From Asterias rubens (Eukaryota): a stretch of DNA of 64,000 bases. The notes below the pieces were generated by a model. The model was not told the DNA's origin. It saw only the letters and a list, made by a program, of their open reading frames with translations, and did not search any database. Made by a program: the position numbers and the translations under genes. This document shows, one piece after another, positions 21,901 to 32,406 of this stretch (its first letter is position 1; every line of letters starts with the position of its first letter). The stretch spans positions 10,974,001-11,038,000 of the forward strand of contig NC_047081.1 of assembly GCF_902459465.1 (NCBI RefSeq), written 5' to 3'.

Positions 21901-23100
21901 ACTTTGGGATAATCCCGGCAAAATTGTAAGACCTGCTGATAGAATTCTAAAAAAAAAAGATAATTAAAAAGATAATTTTAAGCAAACATGAATATGGCAT
22001 ACATTTTATCCATGCAGATTTAAATTTACCAGGGAAATTTCCATCAATTACGAAGCTCTATGGACGTGTGCGATGTAGTGGCTACAGTTACAACTACGTC
22101 ATCATACATTTAAGTAAAGGACATCCTCAGCAACAGTCGTAGCCGTAGCCCCTGATTCGGTTACGGCCTTTACCTAGTCTGCTGCCACCTAGTGTCAGGT
22201 CTCACAGTCATCCATTGAGAAGCTTGAAATACTTCAGTAGAAATTATTTTCAATTTACTCAATAAGGTTCCCTTGATGGGCCATTCATAATAATCAGTGT
22301 TAAATATTTTTTCGAAATTGTGGGTGGGTGGGTCAAAAGAAATAACTGAAAATCAAAATTATTGTTATTTTTTTTTTTACATGATACAATAAAGAAGGCT
22401 GCTTGATCTGCTCGATGTTTGAGTCCTTTGACCCGATAAATCCGCATCATTATATTGTGGTGTAAATCAATATTTAAAAATCTAAATTTTGGGTGGGTGG
22501 GTGGTTTTTAAATTGACTATTATGAATGGCCCCTTACCAAAGAGAAAATGCCTTGGTGTCCTTGCCTTTCCCAAAACAAAATATACAGGCAAGGGGGTCA
22601 CACGGTTCACAGAGGTCACAGGGCAGGGCCCAATTTCACGGCTCTGCTTACAGTCAGCACAGAATCGGCGCTTACGGAAGCAGGGAATTCAGTGCTTACG
22701 GCAAGCGTATTTCAGGGGTTAGCGGCGAGTTTTGGCTTCTGCGCGTGCGTACTCCACGCTACTAGGCATTCTACGCTTACAAGGCTAGCGCAGAAATTCG
22801 GTTGCACGTACATGTAAGTGGGGAATCGTGATTGTAAGCGCAGAATTCTGCAGTATTAAGCAGAGCCATGAAATTGGGCCCAGGAGACAAAAATGCGGTA
22901 AAAACAATATAACGCAACTTACTGGCAGGGTCCCTGTCAAACATATGAGCATTCCCGACGATCGGGAGGGCAGGAGGACCTGGGATTTCCTTGTTGAAGT
23001 ACTGGAACCGCTTCCATGGTCCGTAGACGAGGTGAATGAGAACATAATACACTGTGAACACCGCAGCTGCTGTTAGAAAGACTGGGAATAGGATGCTCAT
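15970..23100 (-). CDS. CYP4V2: Cytochrome P450 family 4, CYP4V-like, 11 exons, 506 aa
   Basis: Exons 23100-22923, 21946-21840, 21589-21504, 21064-20874, 20573-20504, 19842-19716, 19122-18940, 18311-18209, 17409-17275, 16637-16458 and 16130-15970 total 1521 nt. Motifs: N-terminal membrane anchor and [41 protein letters not shown], heme motif [10 protein letters not shown]. The symbol is the closest human relative; orthology is not proven. Confidence 0.92.
17579..17908 (-). mobile_element. Kolobok/T2-type MITE, divergent subfamily of family A
   Basis: Ends are TTAA|aggcactgtatacgtttggtaatt and aattaccaaacatgtaccttccct|TTAA. The interior aligns by eye with family A. Confidence 0.75.
18450..18697 (+). 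mobile_element. Harbinger-type MITE (family C) with CAG target-site duplication
   Basis: Ends are CAG|ggcccaatttcatggctctgcttacc and ggtaagcagagccatgaaattgggcc|CAG. A reverse copy lies at 22627-22880 and a degenerate copy at 29961-30141. Confidence 0.85.
19997..20172. mobile_element. Short TIR repeat (family E, CAGGCCTG ends)
   Basis: Runs from caggcctg to caggtctg, with aacttg on both flanks. The gccttggtgccc core is shared with 12170-12320, 22536-22590, 25946-26139, 35275-35445, 38490-38545, 42340-42440 and 56230-56345. Confidence 0.7.
20601..20835 (+). repeat. Penelope-type repeat body (no ribozyme core)
   Basis: Aligns by eye with the reverse complement of 48385-48650 (cagttcttttcagaac, aatctctacctggcaagtagatacacac, accacaaaccaaata). 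Confidence 0.65.
21099..21226. repeat. Tandem duplication, 2 copies of about 63 bp
   Basis: gtgcaggatttgaaacc..ttgggtccagtttcgagctgtgtgac(c/t)gactctaaacat occurs at 21099-21160 and again at 21162-21226. Confidence 0.9.
22277..22533. mobile_element. Tourist/Harbinger-type MITE
   Basis: Ends are (t)gggccattcataataatc and gactattatgaatggcccc|TTA, with internal gggtgggtggg tracts. Confidence 0.65.
22627..22880 (-). mobile_element. Harbinger-type MITE (family C) with CAG target-site duplication
   Basis: Ends are CAG|ggcccaatttcacggctctgctta and taagcagagccatgaaattgggcc|CAG. It is the inverted counterpart of 18450-18697. Confidence 0.85.
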
Positions 23101-23915
23101 TTTGATGCTCCGACTCTCTCTCTCTTTTTCTGTATTAGGACGAGTAAAAAAATTAATATGTGCAGCGTCCGGGTTTCTCAAAAATGGGAGGAGGGGCTTT
23201 TTATTTTTTATTTCAAGATGGCCGCCATTCTTTTAAAAATGTCAAATATCCATTGTGTTTTCTACTGCTAAAACACACAATACATAAATGAAACATTTTG
23301 GTCGAGACATTTAGGCAAGCAGATTGTTTTTGCTGAGATCGTTTTAAATAACCTTTTTCGTTAAAAAAAACCCCTAAAAAACAAAAAAAATTGCATAAAA
23401 AACAAAAAAAATTCCCCCGAAAAGTTTGATTTCTTGCATTTTGGCAGCAGAGTTTTCAAACTTAATTTTCCATACACATATCGCTTCAAATCAAAGCGCT
23501 GTATACTGACTGTCTTAAAAAGCACTACTGTACTGGCCTAATTATTAAATTATTGACAAATAATCAAATTACTTCAAAAACATTTCCAATGGACCAATCA
23601 AGTTTTCGTCTGTGGAGGAATTAATTTTCCTTCCTCCATGCATGGTCTGAGCTTTTTCATCCTGCATCCATGAAGGAAGAAATGGTATCCTCCATGCTCC
23701 ATCATGGGAGGTAATCCTACCTTCATGCTCCACCAATGGTCTTTGCAAAGTCTACAATGTCAATAATAGAATACAATGCAATGCAATGCAAATTTGCAAT
23801 CAAGGTCAATGAACAATGTATGAAAAAGAAGCTATCTCTTCTCACTCTCATCTCTTCTCATCTCATTCTCATCTCTCTACAGTCCCCTACACACATGAAT
23901 ATGACTAGTTTTGTT

Positions 23916-24047
23916 GGAAAAGTTTCCGTATGGCGCCACCACTTTTTTATTCGAAATAAAATAATATAGTATCTAATTTACCTGATTGATATATCCCTTT
24001 TTGTAAAAATGAGTGAAAAAGTGGTGGCGCCATACGGAAAGTTATCC
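23916..24047. mobile_element. Family F MITE with perfect 8-bp TSD
   Basis: GTTTTGTT|ggaaaagtttccgtatggcgcc ... ggcgccatacggaaagttatcc|GTTTTGTT. Confidence 0.9.
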
Positions 24048-24299
24048 GTTTTGTTAGTATCAATCATTACTTACAAGTTATACCTCTACATGTACCTCTT
24101 CTCTAGCTCAACACTCCACAACTGTTTCAATTCACGACTGAATGAAACATAACATCCAGTTTTGTTGGGGGGCAGTGGTGTGTGAAGTTGTTGTCTCAAG
24201 AGAGAGATTAAAGAAAGAACAATTGAGAAATTTACCCAACATTTGTTTTAAAAAAATCACAGGAGATCAACGAGAAACTACTCCTAACCCGACGTTTGA

Positions 24300-25083
24300 T
24301 AAAGAAAACCGTTTGTAATTTCTAAAAAAAAGGTCATCATTGCATTCATTTGCGATCGCACATTGCATATTAAACTCTTTACACACCCCCACTCTAGCCC
24401 TAACTGTGTATTGTAAACAAACTCTTCATCATTCCCCCGAAGGTCAACAACCCGCCCGCGGTCAACTCGTGCACGGATAATCGCATCACGTATGGGCATC
24501 ACGCACGCACTTGCGCACCTCACGTACGCACTTCAAAAAACCCAGTCCCGTCCCCACGAATAAAATTGACGCTAGCTTGTACTTTGACCCCATGCATGGA
24601 AACACGTTGCAAACGAATCTTGAATGTATCATGAACACTTTGAGACACTGACGAACTTTCTCACTAAAAATGCAATGAAAATATGACTTACCAAACTCCA
24701 AAATTCAGGTACGTATCTGCGAGTTGTTGATGTTCAGGTTGACGTCAACAATATTCAGTAAAAAATAGAAAAAAACTGCCAATTCGTACGATTTTGGGAT
24801 CGTTTTGAAGAGCGTAAGCTACTCTGTCGAAACAATGCATCAGAAGAGGTCGAGACGCTAACCACGGCGCATGCGCATCAATTTCATTCATGAAAACTGC
24901 CATAAAAGGAGCGTATCCGTGACGTCATAATCAAGCGCTTGGTGAGGCCCTCTCGTGGCTGCACCGTGACCAAGCCGTGTGGGGGATTTTTCGCTGTGTT
25001 GGGGGCCCTCCTATTTTGGCATGTGGCTGGCCTGCGTGTGATCACAAGAGGGCGCTATGCTCTAAATCATTCCCACACAAAAC
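24300..25083. promoter_or_regulatory. CpG-rich promoter region between divergent CYP4V-like and RBM22 genes
   Basis: Motif matches only: CRE palindromes TGACGTCA (24740-24747, 24920-24927), NRF1-like GCGCATGCGCA (24867-24877), CTCF-like CACAAGAGGGCGCTA (25043-25057) and YY1-like AACATGGCG over the RBM22 ATG. Confidence 0.55.
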
Positions 25084-28000
25084 ATGGCGGCGAGCAAAAG
25101 CACGAACACGTACAACCGGCAAAACTGGGAAGAAGCGGTAAGTTTGTTTGGGTTTTAGAGTCTCAAACTTCTGTTCTCCGAAATTATTGTTGACGTTTCG
25201 TGGAGTAATTAATGTTTGATTCTAATGACAAAATGGATTCGTGCTCTGGTAATGTATGGGACTCAAAACGCCATGCACGATTGAAAAATGCACAAACGAC
25301 GGAGGATGCGGTTGTGCGTGGCGGATGCCACCTACTGCAAGTCCATCTCGCCCTTGCAAAGTCGCCCCTCAACCCTAGCCCAATACATTGGACTCCCTCC
25401 ACTTCTTGGCCCTAGCCTAGTCCGAGAATACTGGACACTGTCACTGCCAACCAAGTAGTCAAGATAAATTAAATTGTATTCTTTGTTGTTTTTATTTTGA
25501 ATTTGAATAAATCTGACTCGCATCATTTGAAATTTTGATCATTTAATTTTAATAAATAATTTCGTTACTTTTTTATTCAGGACTTTCCGATTCTTTGCCA
25601 GACATGTCTCGGAGACAACCCGTACATCCGCATGGTAAGAATAGATACAAATCAATTGTAACACTCAGTAAAAATCAAATCAAATTATGTGGTTTAATTT
25701 GAAGTCTGTTTTACTCTTTACTTGTCTATATGTGTGACTAATGTCTTGTTTTATTTTTTTGCCACAGACCAAAGAGAAGTTTGGAAGGGAATGTAAGATT
25801 TGCGATCGTCCCTTCACCATCTTCCGTTGGTGTCCCGGTGCCCGCATGCGATTCAAGAAGACAGAAGTGTGTCAAACATGTAGCAAGATCAAGAATGTCT
25901 GTCAAACATGCCTCCTGGATCTGGAGTATGGTAAGTTGGGAACAGCAGGCCTGGAATTTCATAGATGCCACAGAGGCAATGGCTTCTGTTGCCATTGTCT
26001 TGGCCTTGGGACCCCTTCGGCCTTGGTGCCCTTTCAAAAGTTTCCTAAAGACTTAAAGATTTTCAAATGGAAGTGCCCTTTGCAAAATGAAAATGGCCTT
26101 TGCCCTATCAACATGATCAAAGATGAAATTCCAGGCCTGAAAGTCTGAAACAGATGAAGAAACAAGCAGGGGTCGATTTGGCAAAGGAAAGGTTCATCTT
26201 TATAACTGGGAATTGATCTTAAAAACATTTGGTAATCACTCTTTAAAACTAATTATGGCAACACAAACTTACCTTGTTAAAAGTTTCTGTTGTTTATAAT
26301 TTTTCCTAAACACAGGATTGCCTATACAAGTAAGAGACGCTGCACTGAACATCAAAGATGAAATGCCCAAATCGGAGGTGAACAAGGAGTACTACTCACA
26401 AAACATTGAAAGACAGGTAAGTCTGATCATTCAGAGATGAGAAGTTTTAGAAATTTTATGTAGACCTTTTTATGTCTGCTGGGTATACATTTTTAAATGC
26501 TGCATTTTTTTCTTCTCCAAATTGAATAAGTCTGGCACTTTGATCTACTTATCTAGCTCCAAGGAGGCTACTCCAAAAAGCTCCTTGGAATCTAAAGCTC
26601 CAGGGGTTACCAAAGGTGGAAATGTCATCATTTCAATGTAAATCCTAAGAGCTGGATCCCAATTTCAGACTTTTTTGTCAGCATGGACTCTCACCCCTGA
26701 TCATTAGACAGAGCTTCTGCAGATCCCTTAACGGCAGTGTAACAGTTTGGTTCCAAACACTTTTTTACTGTCCAGATATTTCGGCATTATAGTCACTTGA
26801 GTGGAATTTGAATTTTGTAATCACTCTTTATTTGTATGTTATGTTAAGATTGCAAACGTTGACGGCATTGCAGCGCCTGGGGCCGTCGGTAAGTCACAGG
26901 CACCGAGTGACTTGCTGATGAAGCTCGCTCGGACCACACCCTACTACAAGAGGAATCGACCTCATATCTGCTCCTTTTGGGTCAAAGGGGAATGCCGAAG
27001 AGGGGAGGAGTGCCCCTACAGGTAAGAACCCCTCCTCAATCTTATTTGTTTTATTTTTGTTTTTCCCATGGAATTCAATGGAAAGCAAACCAAGGGTGGA
27101 AAGCTAAAATTAGTCTGGTGCCTTGGAGAGAAACGAAGGGTAGAACTTGTTGTCAATGTGTTAAAAATGAACCTCATAAATAACAATTAAGAAACTATTC
27201 TTTTTTAGCGCATATCACCGTGAGGTCCCTATGCGTTGTCAGTATTTACCTACACGATATTGTGGAGCTTTACATCCCATTCGAAGGACGAAACAGTATT
27301 GTCTCAAATAAGGACACAAGTGTCATGAGCGGGACTTGAATCGACACTCTGCTGATCAGAAACACCAGAGCTCAGTGCTCCTATCCACTTGACCACGACA
27401 CGCCACAATGATATCATGGCATTTCATGCCATGTCAAAGATTCTACCACTTTCAAGAAATGATTTTCATTACAAAGTACATCCCTAAGAATTTATTCAGC
27501 AACACATGTGTATGATTAACCTTGCCGTCAATCTTTACATTCAGACACGAGAGGCCAACCGACCCAGATGATCCCCTGGCCGATCAAAACATCAAGGACC
27601 GTTTCTACGGAGCTAATGACCCGGTGGCCGAGAAGCTGATGCGCCGTGCTGATGCCATGCCGAAGCTGGAACCACCAGACGATAAGAACGTTACGACGTT
27701 GTACGTCGGCGGTCTGGGAGATAAAGTCACCGAAGAAAATCTCAGGTGAGGTGTTATATTTATTTGCCAGGGCAGGGCTTGTAATTTTGAAGAAAAAAAA
27801 TCACATTACAAAATGTAGCAGAATTTTTGAAATACTCTAATAATAACAAAAAACCTTATTGTTAAAATAGTCACCCTCGATCAGAGCTCTAAATGGTCTC
27901 TCTCGACCTTTGCACCGATTTGTACCAGGCACTGTATACTCTCTACTTTCCCGAGTTCTGTGAAAACAATCCCACAGGCAAACTACTTGGGTGGGATTGG

Positions 28001-29894
28001 AACTCATGACCTTTGCATCACTAGAGCAGATGTCTAACCACTATACCAATAGAGCTAGCCCAGTGGCTAGAGGCAGTTTAAATCCTATGTGTTAGCAGTG
28101 GGTACAGCATCGATTTTATAGATATTGAGCAGAAATCAAACTTCAAAATCTTAACAACAACCCTTATTGTTAAAAAAGTCTCTTTAGAACAAAATCCAAG
28201 CTATTTTTCAATGAGTCAAAAACATTGGTTTAAAACATTTTGTTGAATTGTATTGTCTCTTTTGTTTTTGTAGAAACCACTTCTACCAATTTGGAGAGAT
28301 CCGCTCAATCAACGTAGTCCAAAAGCAGCAGTGTGCCTTTGTGACGTTCACAGCCCGCTCTTCAGCAGAGCAAGCAGCCGACTTGTCCTTTCAGAAACTC
28401 ATCCTCAAAGGTCGGAGGTTAAATGTCAAGTGGGGCAAGTCACAAGGTCAGCAGGGCACCGTGGCTAAGATGCCACTGAAGGGCATGGCAGAGCAGCATT
28501 ACGAGCCTGTACCAGGACTGCCTGGGGGTAAGTTGGGGGTGAAAGGAGACTAGGCTAGCATCTCTCTGGATGGGCCAGACTTTTTGATGTGATTGTGGCT
28601 GGGAAGATACTAGGCCGACTTTGAACTGGACCCAAATTAATCTTGCTTTTAAGCACGAAAAAGTAGCTAAACACGACAAAGTTATGCTTACCGGAATAAA
28701 GAAACCAGCTAAACTACCGTGTTGCATGGACATTGTGTGACTGGGAGCCTGCTTATTTCGGCTTAGCAGACAATTTTATCTGTTAGCAATTTTTTTCTGC
28801 TTAAGCAGCTTTACGAAATTCGGCCCTGGATGTCCTGGACAAAGTGTTTGGAGCTGGAATAAAGACTAGGCTGACCCAGTGCCAATGGATATTGCAATAT
28901 TTATTATTACTAAGTGAAGAAATGTTGACTGTAGTCAGTATTGAACATGTTATGGGAATATGAAGACTTTTATCAAGTTGCCTTGATTGTTGTAAAAAGC
29001 TTCATAATGATTTGATCTATAACTTGAACGTTTATCGTCTCCTTTAGCTTTACCATTGCCGCCCGTCCCAGCCGACGGATCATCAAGCAACAACTTCTTC
29101 AACCTTGAAGAGGATACACACCAGTTGCCCCCGTTGCCGCATGGACCACCAGGTGCCATGGGACCCCCAGGTGCCATGGGACCCCCGGGTGGTGGTATGC
29201 CTAGAGGGCCACCAGGTAGAATGCCTAGGGGTCCACCGCCCCATATGATGCGCCACCAGCAACCGCCCCCTCCAGGAGGTAGGTTTGAGTGCCTTTTCAT
29301 ATGATCCTGAAAGCCAAAAACAGGGCTCGAAGTTGGTTGTAAACTCCATAATACTGTAGGGCTTGTAGCTAGCTCAAAATGTTTACTGGACCAAAAATTT
29401 TCTTACAAGACCAAGAAACAAAATGAGAAGAAAACATAACCTGACACCTGCACTCTGTTGCATGTAACATGAACATGTTTGATTGTTTTGTACTTACAAC
29501 AAGCACTGAGGCATGTTTGTCAAGTTTTATCTAATTTTTGTCTTTATTGACTTAATCCAACTGGAGATTTTAGCATAGCAGTAATTAAACATTTCTTCTT
29601 TCTCTCTCTGCAGCATTTGGGTTTGCACCTCCGCCACCCTTCCCACCACCACCGGGATTCCACGGCAGACCTCCCTTCCACCCCGGCGCCCGCCCTCCAC
29701 CTCCAGGGGGACGCCCTCCACCCCCGGGCATGAGGCCCCCGGGCATGAGGCCCCCTCCACCAGCAGGCAGACCGCCTCCACCAGCCGGTCGACCCCCTAT
29801 GGGCAACAGACCTCAGGGACAAGGGGTACATTATCCTTCACAGGATCCACAGCGCATGGGCACAGCAGGCCCTGATACAGCTGCCAAGGAATAG
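25084..29894 (+). CDS. RBM22: Pre-mRNA-splicing factor RBM22 (Cwc2/Slt11 family), 9 exons, 503 aa
   Basis: Exons 25084-25137, 25581-25634, 25768-25930, 26316-26416, 26849-27021, 27545-27745, 28274-28527, 29048-29278 and 29614-29894 total 1512 nt. Motifs: [24 protein letters not shown] finger ([19 protein letters not shown]), RRM ([15 protein letters not shown]) and C-terminal [11 protein letters not shown]. Confidence 0.97.
25946..26139. mobile_element. Short TIR repeat (family E)
   Basis: caggcctggaatttcat ... atgaaattccaggcctg forms a perfect 17-bp TIR. No TSD is visible. Confidence 0.75.
27255..27405 (-). mobile_element. tRNA-derived SINE (family H)
   Basis: Reverse-complement match to 61461-61645 (B-box region, cacttgtgtcct, cgtccttcgaatgggatgtaaagc). 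Confidence 0.65.
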
Positions 29895-30636
29895 TTTTAA
29901 AACAATCGGTGAATCTTGGGGCCATGTCACTCGAGGCATTGCAACGCGAGAGGGCAACCGGGGCCAAATTTCATGCTTCTGCTATTAAACCATAAGCAAT
30001 GAATCGGCGCTTACGTCAAGCGTTTATTACTAGTCGGCAGGGAATTGTTACTTGTGCGTACTCCAAGTTACTAAGGCATTCTTCACTTACACAGCTAGCG
30101 ACAAATGGTATCGGCGGTTAGCAGAGCCATGAAATTGGGCACAGGTTAAGGCAACCACAAAGAAGAAAAGGCATTCACATCCGACTGTTCACATATTTTT
30201 CTATGTGGCTGCAAGACATTGGGACGTAATTTAGTGGGGCTATTACATGTATTCAATTGAGCATTTTTTTAAACCTCATTTGGGTTGGGGGCAAGGGGGG
30301 GGGGGGCAAAGTAATTTTTAAGAGAATCACTGCAAGTACCCTGTCGAGTTTAATGACACAACCCACGATATTCATCGAGTAGTCTTTAAAAGCTGGAGTA
30401 ATTTTTAATTTTCGTTTAAATTTTGTTTAAATTTTTAAAAGAATTGGAGAGTATTAACTAGACACAGTCACTGAAATCCAGTTTGTAATGTCTTTGATAT
30501 ATTAACTCCCGTCTTTATCTGTCCTCATGTCAATTTAAACTTTTTAATCTTTGTTGAATTCCAGAGAAATCAACTTTCTGAGTACTGGCATACCTGTACT
30601 CATTGTCATTTCAAGTATATTTTTTTGATATTTGAA

Positions 30637-30642
30637 AATAAA
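30637..30642 (+). terminator. Candidate RBM22 polyadenylation signal AATAAA
   Basis: AATAAA about 740 nt after the stop codon, followed by a GT-rich tract near 30700. Usage is not demonstrated. Confidence 0.35.
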
Positions 30643-31810
30643 GATGTAATTAAACGGTTTTCGACCACTACGATTAATTTCACATGTTAACAGCTGCATT
30701 CATGTTTCGTCTTTTGTTTGGGTTTTGCTAATGCTTCCTATATAAAGGTCGTACATCAACAGAGGTCAGAGCTCCCAAGCCCGATGTCATTTTGCCCCAA
30801 GTAATCACCCCTAGGGACTAGTCTAGATGGCAGCAGAGTTACAAAGGCCATTTTGAGATATGGCGGACGGACGCAATAAAACAATACTATAAAGTTTGGG
30901 TAAATTTGTCTGTAATCTAGCCACTAACCTCTAGTAGTGATGGACTAGACAAACAATGCTGATTGGCTCCCAAGGGTGACTATTTGGCGTACATGCTTGA
31001 ACAAACGTTTGAGCGCTTGTAAGACACTCGGTACATGCGTGTGAAACTGCAAGTATTTTGACGCGATTTCATTTTAAATGAAGTTCAAAGGTGCCAGTTA
31101 TAGTGTACATGTACATGTAACCACATTTTGGTAAAAGCAGACCATGAGCCATGACTCGATTTCCAGACTATTTATTCTTCAACAGAAATGAAAAACTTGT
31201 TACAAACACTAAATGACAACAGTTGGTGTAAAAGTAACATGTGTAAAACTATTTCTTTGCTTTCATATACACACTTGACTACTTCTTAAAACATGTCAAC
31301 AAAGTTTTAAAAGATTCCTACAGTCAACAGTTTACTGCTATTGAAATATAGTGAACATATTCAAAACACGATCCACATCCAATGTTTCCCTAGGTAAAGG
31401 CCGAGAAAAAGGACGTCAGATAAAAAGTAAGCCGCACCAAAACACGCCCTATACTTTTTAAGTCCCATTGATGATTATTTACAGCGGGGGAAATGTCATG
31501 CCTGATCTAAGGGTTTATCCCACAAAGTTCTGGTATTTTGTGCTACACTTTATGACTTACTTTTAACACTGGAAGCTACAGGTTATAATCTGTCCAATGA
31601 TAAAGTCGTGTTATTTCTTTACAGTTCCAATTATTACACCATGCACATGATTAAAATCAAACAAAAAACATTCAACTACGTTATGATGTATATAACAACA
31701 GACAACAAAAAAAAACTTGAACAGGGAGGGAGGGGGGAGGGGCAAGTGTTGGGGTAAAGTTTAGTAACAGAGGAGTAGTTCAGTTCCACACTACATATAC
31801 TTAGTCTTAA

Positions 31811-32129
31811 AGGTAGGGTCATAGATTGTTTTTTGTTAACGACGAACGTATTGCTGATTTTGTTAACGACGAACGTATTGCTGATTTAAAGGCCAAATTG
31901 TCAGAAAAGATACAATTTAAGTCACCTGTGAAAGTTTCAGCTTTTAATCAATTTCTAATCAACAGGGGCGTTTCAAATAAAATAATTTCGCACAATGCAA
32001 TACAAACCTAGTCTTTATGGAAGAGTAAGCATTTAGAAAGAAAACCAAAATTACCCCGGCTCATTACCAAAATTACCCCGGCTCATTACCAAAATTACAC
32101 CGGGTCATTACCAAAGTATGACCCTACCT
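31811..32129. mobile_element. TTAA-flanked MITE with internal tandem repeats
   Basis: TTAA|aggtagggtcata ... tatgaccctacct|TTAA gives a 13-bp perfect TIR. Inside are a duplicated ttgttaacgacgaacgtattgctgatt and 3 copies of the 22-bp unit accaaaattaccccggctcatt (32044-32109). A left-end fragment also lies near 41008. Confidence 0.85.
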
Positions 32130-32406
32130 TTAACGGGTCGTCAATTCTTCAAAACTAGACAATCTTGCCAAAAAGCTTTGCTTTTCAGTTTCACTGCCTT
32201 GCAGTCTTGGGTCAAGAAGAATATTCCCCAAAAATCAGTCACTTTCCAACTGCAAAATGTGACACAATGTACATGGAATTTACTTAAATTCCTACCAATT
32301 AAAAAATACAAAACAACTTCCCGCAGACATGTGGAAATACAAAAAGAAGAAGATGCATCTCTTGGGGTTAAATTTCCTTGTTGATCCGACAGTTCTTAAA
32401 GAGTTC

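Noticed and set aside
28950-29831. Gly-rich minus-strand ORFs
   Set aside because: They are antisense shadows of the Pro-rich RBM22 exons 8-9.
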